A stretch of 64,000 nt of DNA from a virus. The stretch covers positions 95,229 through 159,228 of IMG/VR virus record IMGVR_UViG_3300037424_001177. One strand, written 5' to 3'. The translations under genes and the position numbers were made by a program. The notes below the pieces were generated by a model. It ran no database searches. It saw nothing but the letters and a program-made list of their open reading frames with translations, and was not told the DNA's origin. This document shows, one piece after another, positions 56,453-64,000 of this stretch (within the stretch, counting starts at the first letter, position 1; each line of letters opens with the position of its first letter).

Positions 56453-57040
56453 ATGTCCTACGCACAAACACTAGTACTGAACCAGCACTACCGGCCACAC
56501 GAGATCGTTGATTGGAAAGACGCCGTCACCAAGATGTTCAAGGGGACTGTCACAGTCCTCGCACAGTATGACGAAGTCCTTGCCCACATTGATCGACAGA
56601 CGCTTCGTACTTTTCCGGAGTTGAGACGTGCTCTCAGTCAAGTGATTGGGACCGACGCTGAAAGCCTCGTGATCAAGGTTCCTGCGGTTGCCGTCTTGCG
56701 CCGCAAGGTTCAAGCGATGAAGTCGGGGATCAAATTTTCGAAAATCAACGTCTTTCAACGTGATGGTTGGCGTTGTTCGTACTGCGACAAGAAGCTTCCG
56801 ATGTCGGAGTTGAACTACGACCACGTCGTGCCGCGATCGAAGGGCGGAAAAACTGAGTGGTGCAACATTGTAACTGCGTGTCGCGCGTGCAATGAGAAGA
56901 AGGCCGACCTGTCGTTGGAGGAGTCGGGAATGACACTTCTTGTCGTTCCTCACCGGCCTCGAGTTCTGCCTCTTCACGGGCCTCGTGTCGATATCAGGAG
57001 TGCCCCGCTTGAATGGCACCCGTACATTGAAGCCGCTTGA
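56453..57040 (+). CDS. HNH endonuclease (McrA-like HNH family)
   Basis: AGGAGG RBS; TLVLN, RDG..CSYC, DHVVPRSKGG...W.NIV.AC..CN.KK. Confidence 0.88.
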   Translation: MSYAQTLVLNQHYRPHEIVDWKDAVTKMFKGTVTVLAQYDEVLAHIDRQTLRTFPELRRALSQVIGTDAESLVIKVPAVAVLRRKVQAMKSGIKFSKINVFQRDGWRCSYCDKKLPMSELNYDHVVPRSKGGKTEWCNIVTACRACNEKKADLSLEESGMTLLVVPHRPRVLPLHGPRVDIRSAPLEWHPYIEAA

Positions 57041-57070
57041 GGTTCTCTTGCTCTCCAAGCAACACACAAC

Positions 57071-57508
57071 TCAACGTGTTGCTTGGAGAGCATCCTCAGC
57101 AATGACATTGACGCGTTTCCAAAAGTTCGCCGTGTCTACGGCTTCGAGGCCTTGCTTGAGTCTTCTCAAACCGTAATCGCGTTTGACAGTGTTCTCCGCG
57201 TAGCGTCGGTAGCTTCGATCGCTTTCTTTGATCTCTGTTACGGCTTCAGCAAAAGCTTTGGACCGGTCTTTGAACCCTCGAATAGGATGAAGAATTGCAA
57301 CAACAAGTTCACTGCCTATGAGTCGGTTGACTTCACCTTCCCAGTGAGAAACCCATTTGGTCTGGCCGTTTTTCTTGGCGAGTGTTGCTTTGTAGTGCTC
57401 GACAATCGCGCCCGTTAAGTGCGATTCAATCTTGTTTTTGAAGTCGTCACGCTTGTAGGCCATCGCGGTCAAGTAGCGCTTCGCGATCCTTTGGGACGCC
57501 TTAGACAT
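57071..57508 (-). CDS. Helical (DUF29-like) protein with RIxxRY tag
   Basis: MSKASQRIAKRYLTA then MAY...IESHL...EH.K...HW..E. Confidence 0.55.
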   Translation of the reverse strand: MSKASQRIAKRYLTAMAYKRDDFKNKIESHLTGAIVEHYKATLAKKNGQTKWVSHWEGEVNRLIGSELVVAILHPIRGFKDRSKAFAEAVTEIKESDRSYRRYAENTVKRDYGLRRLKQGLEAVDTANFWKRVNVIAEDALQATR

Positions 57509-57604
57509 GATTTCAGTTTACCTCTGTGGCCTCAAGGTGTCAAACTGTGATGAAAAACCCGATACCAACACCAGAAGATCCCTTTATGAGGTGTCTGAAT
57601 CAGG

Positions 57605-58336
57605 ATGTCTTTTTCCTCCTGGCTTGGCACTTTTAACAAGAGTCAGTTCGATCGATTTCTCAATTTCGCTCGAAGCCAGCTGCCACTCATCGACGGGCGG
57701 ATCCAGCACCTAGATGCTGAACTGAGAAGAGTCGGTCGGATCACATTCCAGTACAAGAACGGGATCTCGCAAGGTTACTCTGCGGATCCGACCGATTCCT
57801 ACCTTGGGAAGCTGTTTCAGACTTACTTGGTACTGGGTGGCAACCCGAATGTTGATCTCAGGATCCGTCTCTTTGAAGACCCTGTCTTTCTTGTCAGGGG
57901 CACGGAGACGGTCTCAGCGCAGTACATGAGCAATGGGGAGGTGGTCGGTGCAAAAGGCCTCTCTGACGCCCCTACAGGTGCTTTGGTACGCCAAGCCAGA
58001 TCCTGGCTTGAACCTACGTTGGACTACCGGTTCGACGCTCTAGAGCGCAAGATTCGACGAGCAACCGATTATGCCGACCAGTTGAATCTGGAGAAGTCCA
58101 ACTTACTGACGATTCGGGAGGCGGTCTCGACGACCAATTCGCTCGAGAACGTGGCGCAACAGATCCAACAGTTTATTTCCGATCCCAATTACAGGGCCAT
58201 CTTCGACGATCACGGGGCCGATCCGTTGGGTCAAACGGTCTACGCGCCCTTCAGCTCATACGACTCTGGACCTGGCCGAACCAATGAGTCGGCCCAACGA
58301 CAGAACACAGGCTTTGTTCCTCCGAGTAGTACATGA
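57605..58336 (+). CDS. Putative structural protein
   Basis: First gene of baseplate operon, coupled to next. Confidence 0.55.
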   Translation: MSFSSWLGTFNKSQFDRFLNFARSQLPLIDGRIQHLDAELRRVGRITFQYKNGISQGYSADPTDSYLGKLFQTYLVLGGNPNVDLRIRLFEDPVFLVRGTETVSAQYMSNGEVVGAKGLSDAPTGALVRQARSWLEPTLDYRFDALERKIRRATDYADQLNLEKSNLLTIREAVSTTNSLENVAQQIQQFISDPNYRAIFDDHGADPLGQTVYAPFSSYDSGPGRTNESAQRQNTGFVPPSST

Positions 58337-59472
58337 GCTACGATCGGGCCATTGAGCAAGTTTGTCCTCACGGAGTTGTCGAGGAGCCCTTGTTTCTGTC
58401 GTCGGACCGTCAAACGGTTCGACCTCTACGACCAATTGCGAGTTCGAGGTCCGTTCGCGTTCGAGTCAATGGGGAAGCGGAAGCAAATCCGACCGGGCTA
58501 TTTACGGCGGCAACTGCTTCTGGCTCGATCTCTGGCCCCTTTCAGATCCAAGGCGGCGTCAACGACACCCTCGTCGTCAAGATCAACGGCGGATCCGAGC
58601 AGACATTGTCGGCGCCTTCAGGCAACCGTGTCTCGTCACAACAAGTCATAGATGTCTTGAACACACAGATTCGCGACGCCTACTTCGTGATCGCGCCACA
58701 TCAGCGGCTTAGACTCTTGACTGCACGAGACGGGGAGTCCTCCACAATCTTCGTGAAGACGACGGGTAGTACTTTAGCCGCGACCGTCGGACTTTACACG
58801 AATCGGTTTTGGCGCGGGAAAACCATCATACCTGCTTGGACGTTGGTCAACGATCCCAATACCTTGAGTGATCGACCCACACGACTTGTGATCTTCGACG
58901 AACCGCTACAGGGCTATCGCGATTACGTCGAACTCGATTACATCACGATCAGAGAAGAGTGTCGACGTTGTGGCGGACTCGGAGTTGAAAATGATTGGAG
59001 ATACGATTCATCCGGAGAGATCGTTACTCTCGTCAACGAAGACCTACTGTTGCAAGAGTTCACCAAAGCTCTTTGGACCGTCCAAGGATCCAACGTTTTT
59101 CACACGTGGTACGGCACACGGATCACTGAAAGCGTAGGACGAAAGCAAACAGGGCTCATTCAAAACCTCATCGTCTCTGACATACACGAATCATTTCGTC
59201 GATGGCAGAGCATCAAGCGACAACAAGAAGAGAACGTCGGGCAAATCGTGACGGACGAGGAATACCCGTTCCGTCTTCTCTCTGTGACGCTCGAACAAAG
59301 CGACGAAGATCCGACCGTCATCATGATCAACTCTGTCGTTCAAAATCGTTCGCAGAAGCCCATACAGCTTTCTCGTGGAATACGTGCCCCTCTACCGGTT
59401 GATCTACTTGGATCCACACAACAGCGAGAGCTTGTTCAAGCGTCCCTACCCAACTACCAACTCGTCAGCTAA
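58333..59472 (+). CDS. Baseplate protein with C-terminal gp25/GPW-like domain
   Basis: L.Q...K.L.T..GSN.FH.WYG pattern; precedes baseplate J. Confidence 0.7.
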   Translation: MSYDRAIEQVCPHGVVEEPLFLSSDRQTVRPLRPIASSRSVRVRVNGEAEANPTGLFTAATASGSISGPFQIQGGVNDTLVVKINGGSEQTLSAPSGNRVSSQQVIDVLNTQIRDAYFVIAPHQRLRLLTARDGESSTIFVKTTGSTLAATVGLYTNRFWRGKTIIPAWTLVNDPNTLSDRPTRLVIFDEPLQGYRDYVELDYITIREECRRCGGLGVENDWRYDSSGEIVTLVNEDLLLQEFTKALWTVQGSNVFHTWYGTRITESVGRKQTGLIQNLIVSDIHESFRRWQSIKRQQEENVGQIVTDEEYPFRLLSVTLEQSDEDPTVIMINSVVQNRSQKPIQLSRGIRAPLPVDLLGSTQQRELVQASLPNYQLVS

Positions 59473-59475
59473 CCT

Positions 59476-62400
59476 ATGGCCACAGCTCCGCAGATCGCGC
59501 TCAGAGACGGTACAGGGTACACCCAGGAGCTGATCCTCTCGACCAATCTCGAGGCCATCAGCTTGACTGGCACGATCGACATCAACACTGTCGACGTTCA
59601 GGTCTCAGTCAACGGGGGTGCGTTCATTTCGGATTCGACTCTCATTTTTTTGAACGGTTTGAATTTTGAAGTACCGAACCCATCATCTTTGCCGGACGGC
59701 CTACCGCTAGCACTTGGACAGAATACGATTGCGTTGAGGTCCATCGACATCGTAGGTGGAGTTTCGGCGGCTTCGGTTGCCAGAATCACGCGTGTGTCTC
59801 AGGCAGGGAATTTGGATCTCCTGATCCCAACAGGTGTGCGTGTTCGTCGATCAAGGGATGCCGTCAACATCTTGGCCGAGAAGCCTGATTTGTCGACTTT
59901 GACAGGGCCTATCGACAACCCACAGAACTTTGAGTTTCGCGGGTTCAATTTCTATGCTTCTACGGCTCCCGCAGGCACGACAGGATACTTCAAGATCAAT
60001 AATCAGCCGGTTACGGTGGAGTCAACGGAGTTCGAAGAAGACACACAAGATCTTCCCAGCACGTCTTACAATGCGGTTTTCGCTTCTCTCGAGAACACCC
60101 TACGGATTCGTGTCACGCAGGAAGACGAGTTTGGAGCGGAGATTGGTCAGGTCATCGACTCAACGGTTGCTGTTATTTCATACGGCGGAGACTTGAAGTT
60201 CACAGGACAGTTCGAGACTCGAGCACTGACTGAGTTCATTACCTTTCAGCACGTTCGCGGTACAGGACTCAACGCGGATCAGTTCCTGGACGTCGATGTA
60301 ACGTCCCCGCTCTACTACGTCGTCACAGGGATCTATTTTGATCCCCTCCAGGGCTCCGAATTCGAGTCTCCATACAGCCAAGAGGTTTTGGGGACGCCGC
60401 TTACCATCGATACTGCGATTCGCGATCTACCTGGTAGGACACAAATCCAAGTCGTGCTCGATTACGTTGCAGCCATACAACGTGTCAATCGAGAGATTTC
60501 CCTGGTTCCGGGATCTGTTACACGTGACGTCGACATCGATCCATTTTCGAGCGAGATCGAACGTGTCTGGTTCATTGTCGACTTCGTCCATCGATCAAGC
60601 AGTTTTCTCACGTTGCTAGCCATCGACGACGCCGACGGCGACGGTACATCAGATCCAGTCTCGGGCAGCGCCTACAAGACAGCGCTTCGTGCAGCGCTAG
60701 GTCTCCGCTCGGACACAGCAGTCCAAACACTCATCGACACTCAGTTCGACAAGTTGGCCGCCAACTTCCAGCGAACGAGACTTCCAGGACGTCCTTCTGT
60801 TGGGCAAGTTGTGTTCTTCACAGCGACACGTCCAGCAACTGACGTCACCATACCGTCTGGTACAATCGTCTCGACCAATGCGGATACAGAGAATGGTCTT
60901 CCGGCTGTTCGGTTTCTGTCCGGCGGTACTTTCGTACTTCCTGCCGCTCAAGCCGACGCCTTTTACAACTTCACGACTCGAAGGTATGAAATAACTGTTG
61001 ACGTTGTTGCGGAGAGTCCGGGTTCGAATGGCAATCGTCCCGCTGGTCCATCTGGCATTGTCAACATCGGTTCTTCCGTATCTGGCGGCCTCAGTGTCGT
61101 TCAAAATGAACGCACCGTCTTCGGCACGGATGTGGAGAGCAATGCAGACCTGGCAGCTCGCGCCATGCTCGGCTTCGTCTCTGTCGATACAGGCACAGAA
61201 GGTGGGTACGCGGCCACGGCAGCGAAACAGATCGGCGTCATAAAAACCAAGATCGTGAAGTCCGGCGACCCCCTGATGATGCGGGACTTCGACGAAATCC
61301 GAATGAAACACATCGGTGGAAAGGTCGATGTTTGGATTCAAGGCTTACGTGAACGCACAGTCACTGAGAACTTCTCGTTCACGTTCGAGATCGCAAGAGA
61401 TGTTCGCTGTCAAATCATCGATGCTGTGAATCTCATTTTCAGGGTCCTCGACAGTCGAGTCACACCAACGACGCCGATCATTGAAATCCTCAACAACCCA
61501 GTTCAGAGTCTCGGTGTTCGGAATGCGACCGTTGGTGCCGACTATGACCTCACGGGCGTCACGCTGATCGACTACCAAACGTTCCAAGTCAACAACCTGA
61601 TCCCGCAGCCTGCTACAGCACTCGACGACATTGTCATCGCGGACTATCGGTTCCGATCCGTGAACCAATTCCGGTTTACGCTGCAACCTGTTCGTCGGGT
61701 CGTCTCCGTTGTAGGAGAGGCTTCAGGAGCACTCAACATCACGACAGGGTTTACACTCTTCAAGACGGACGACCCGTTGCTCGACGGTGAGTCGACCATC
61801 GCGAACGACTACCTAGTCATCAACCAAATCTTGGGCGTTCCGAGTGGCGCCATCATTACAGTCAACGACGAGCAACACATTCTGATCGGATTCTTTGAAG
61901 AGCCCCTCCTCAGCATTGGAATCAACACGGCAACGGTTCGAGTCTTCGACGAAACTCGGACTATCGAATACCTTGGCCCATCCTCACCAACCCCTGACTT
62001 CGACATCTTGGCGGGAACAGCAACGACGCCAGCTAAGATCGTGCGGACCAACCCGAGCACCATCGTGAGTGGCCAGACAGTGTCCGTCGACTACGATCAT
62101 GACGAGAACTTCACAGTGACTTACGTGATCAACGACTTGTTGCAGCAGATGCAGCGGTCTTTGGACACACAACGCCACGTCACTGCCGACGTTCTCGCAA
62201 AACAAGCGATCCAGAACGAGGTCGACATTGAAACGACCGTACAACTCAAGAATGGAGCAGCACGTGCGAAAGTCGACCCCGCAACTCGTGACGCCGTCAG
62301 TCTCGAGCTAAACCAACATCTCATTGGACAAGGAACGGCTCAGAGCGACATCATCAACGCCGTTGATTCAACCCCTGGCGTCGACTTTCAAGTCGTGCCT

Positions 62401-62931
62401 CTTGCCAGAATGGGGTATGCGGAGGGTTCCAGAAGAATCCGAGAAGCCATTACGAATACCAATCAGCGTGTGCAGTCTCTCGACATTGGAGGCAACCGTG
62501 TCTACGTGCTGTCGAGTGCCTTGGAGTATCCTACGACCGACGGAGGAGGACTCCAGACTGAGCACCGTGGAGTCTTTCAGGATGACGTCGCCATGGGGCT
62601 CAGTGACACACTAGCGAACGTTGGGTTAGTCCATCGACAAGCATACATCGTTGGCGCGGGAGGCGCTGTAATCGCCGGCTACAGCGACGACGCCACTTTG
62701 ATAGTTGCCGGGTTCGTCACAGCAGCCGACATCTCAGAGGAGCGCCTTAGAAGGACAGCTAATCGCGTCTTTTTGAGTCTCTCAGCTAGCGGGATCCCGC
62801 CCGACAGTCCTACTGATCACCAGTACAGAGTCAGCTACATCGTTCGGATCGACATCGGCCCACACGATATCGAGGCTCAACAGGTGGAGTTCCTTGAACT
62901 CGGCAATTTGACGCTCACACTCCGGAGTTGA
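59476..62931 (+). CDS. Baseplate J-like wedge protein
   Basis: PGSVTRD, D.LA.N....R, G.V.F, IPSGT.V, A..PG..GN, G.D.ES+ADL..R, GG.VD+W. Confidence 0.85.
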   Translation: MATAPQIALRDGTGYTQELILSTNLEAISLTGTIDINTVDVQVSVNGGAFISDSTLIFLNGLNFEVPNPSSLPDGLPLALGQNTIALRSIDIVGGVSAASVARITRVSQAGNLDLLIPTGVRVRRSRDAVNILAEKPDLSTLTGPIDNPQNFEFRGFNFYASTAPAGTTGYFKINNQPVTVESTEFEEDTQDLPSTSYNAVFASLENTLRIRVTQEDEFGAEIGQVIDSTVAVISYGGDLKFTGQFETRALTEFITFQHVRGTGLNADQFLDVDVTSPLYYVVTGIYFDPLQGSEFESPYSQEVLGTPLTIDTAIRDLPGRTQIQVVLDYVAAIQRVNREISLVPGSVTRDVDIDPFSSEIERVWFIVDFVHRSSSFLTLLAIDDADGDGTSDPVSGSAYKTALRAALGLRSDTAVQTLIDTQFDKLAANFQRTRLPGRPSVGQVVFFTATRPATDVTIPSGTIVSTNADTENGLPAVRFLSGGTFVLPAAQADAFYNFTTRRYEITVDVVAESPGSNGNRPAGPSGIVNIGSSVSGGLSVVQNERTVFGTDVESNADLAARAMLGFVSVDTGTEGGYAATAAKQIGVIKTKIVKSGDPLMMRDFDEIRMKHIGGKVDVWIQGLRERTVTENFSFTFEIARDVRCQIIDAVNLIFRVLDSRVTPTTPIIEILNNPVQSLGVRNATVGADYDLTGVTLIDYQTFQVNNLIPQPATALDDIVIADYRFRSVNQFRFTLQPVRRVVSVVGEASGALNITTGFTLFKTDDPLLDGESTIANDYLVINQILGVPSGAIITVNDEQHILIGFFEEPLLSIGINTATVRVFDETRTIEYLGPSSPTPDFDILAGTATTPAKIVRTNPSTIVSGQTVSVDYDHDENFTVTYVINDLLQQMQRSLDTQRHVTADVLAKQAIQNEVDIETTVQLKNGAARAKVDPATRDAVSLELNQHLIGQGTAQSDIINAVDSTPGVDFQVVPLARMGYAEGSRRIREAITNTNQRVQSLDIGGNRVYVLSSALEYPTTDGGGLQTEHRGVFQDDVAMGLSDTLANVGLVHRQAYIVGAGGAVIAGYSDDATLIVAGFVTAADISEERLRRTANRVFLSLSASGIPPDSPTDHQYRVSYIVRIDIGPHDIEAQQVEFLELGNLTLTLRS

Positions 62932-62940
62932 AGACAAGTT

Positions 62941-63750
62941 TTGGCGCGCTTCACCCTGGATCCCAACCGTGTAAACTACAATGTAGTTCGACGCGGTAAA
63001 GAGTACAACCTGAGGTTGTTACAAAGATCTCAGGCGGTATTTTCTGCGTTACTCGACCTATTGCCCAGCAATTACGTTTCGGCGATTCAGGGACCGAATT
63101 ACACGAATGAGCTCAAGGCCGTTGCTGTCGAGATCGCGCGAATCGAGCTTGCACTAGAAGACGTTGATACAGATCGGGACTACACGAAAACGAGGAGCGA
63201 GTTCCTCTACAGCATGATCGGGTACCTCGTTTTCCTCAACAACCAACTGCCTCCAATCGAGTTCGACGATCAGGCTTTCCGTACCTTTCTGCTGAACTTG
63301 ATCCGGATCTATTTTCAGGGCTCCGTGCCCAAGTCAATGGCGGACGCGACAGCACTCTTCATCCAAGAAGACTTCACGATCCTTGAGAACTTCCTTTTGG
63401 TTCGTGCCGGCGCATCAGGCCTCGACATCTCGGACCAATTCGGGTTTCAGATCAACATCGAGTTGACGAGCGGGTTCCCTCCAGAAATCTTTGATCTTCA
63501 GTCGAGCCTGCGAATCATTCTTGACGTCATCCGGCCCGCACACACGTTGTTTCAGATCCGGTTCATTTTCCGTGATGATTACCGGCCCAACGATCCGATC
63601 AATCGGATCCTCGACACAATGAAGTGGAAGCTGTCCACGTACTACTACGAGGATTACCGATCGTACTGGGACGGCGTCCAGGACCGTGACCGACTCGGCA
63701 AAAAAACCAACCGGCAGATTGTTGGTGAAGATCACTCAGCTGATTTTTGA
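62941..63750 (+). CDS. Baseplate/tail protein I-like wedge subunit
   Basis: LP..Y, D..+R.+L......+.G, ++.PAH; follows baseplate J. Confidence 0.65.
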   Translation: MARFTLDPNRVNYNVVRRGKEYNLRLLQRSQAVFSALLDLLPSNYVSAIQGPNYTNELKAVAVEIARIELALEDVDTDRDYTKTRSEFLYSMIGYLVFLNNQLPPIEFDDQAFRTFLLNLIRIYFQGSVPKSMADATALFIQEDFTILENFLLVRAGASGLDISDQFGFQINIELTSGFPPEIFDLQSSLRIILDVIRPAHTLFQIRFIFRDDYRPNDPINRILDTMKWKLSTYYYEDYRSYWDGVQDRDRLGKKTNRQIVGEDHSADF

Positions 63751-63762
63751 CTGCGCACGCAG

Positions 63763-63999
63763 TTACCGAATTTCCCAATGAATCCCGCAACCATTTTCGT
63801 CAGTTGTCACCCACAAGAACCCGTCCTTGTAAGTCCACTGCCACACGTTATTGTGGTCGGAATTGGTGCCGACTTCAGGTTTTTGGCCCAGCTCAGACAT
63901 TAGGTTTGTAACTATTTGCTCGGGATCGAGGCATTGCCAAATGTGCGCGACTTCTTTGATGATGTCCTTCTTGTACGCGAAGACTAGGTGGTGTTTTCG
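63763..63999 (-). CDS. 3' part of a hypothetical gene entering from the right edge
   Basis: Open frame RKHHLVFAYKKD...IHWEIR-stop read manually. Confidence 0.45.
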   Translation of the reverse strand, partial: RKHHLVFAYKKDIIKEVAHIWQCLDPEQIVTNLMSELGQKPEVGTNSDHNNVWQWTYKDGFLWVTTDENGCGIHWEIR

Positions 64000-64000
64000 G

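Noticed and set aside
7528-62234. Other ATTGAAA/TTTCAAT hits (about 7530, 10270, 23128, 33561, 34444, 56170, 61480, 62227)
   Set aside because: Inside coding sequence and lacking the hairpin, GGATAA and promoter context.

Overview
The window looks like a 64-kb piece of a large tailed (myovirus-like, probably jumbo) bacteriophage genome. Myxobacterial-style Cys-rich lipoproteins hint at a Myxococcota host (inference). Layout: tail/baseplate genes (1-12.8 kb); accessory and possible lysis genes (12.8-19.8 kb); a replication module with SNF2 helicase, DnaB, primase Zn-finger, family A polymerase and AAA ATPase (19.8-31 kb); auxiliary genes (nitrilase, DHH-family, YkgJ, Ku, topoisomerase IB fusion, zincins, LexA); 25 tRNAs covering all 20 amino acids plus one broken tRNA (44.8-54.7 kb); and baseplate genes (57.6-63.8 kb). 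Two hidden systems stand out. (1) A dispersed ~80-bp non-coding cassette made of a sigma70-type promoter and a single CRISPR-repeat-like hairpin ending in ATTGAAA(C). It occurs at 4 loci (6 full or partial copies) and at three loci is flanked by duplications of the local sequence (11, 18 and ~75 bp), so the predicted guide RNA matches the insertion site itself. (2) A short N-terminal peptide tag (R/K-V/I-x-x-R-Y/F..A, plus a second MYSYDR..A tag) grafted onto about 10 unrelated proteins and repeated between domains of a polyprotein, suggesting a capsid-packaging/cleavage signal for injected effectors. Also notable: a LexA lacking its autocleavage residues and an orphan TacA-like antitoxin fragment. 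All family calls come from motif recognition by eye; no database searches were run.
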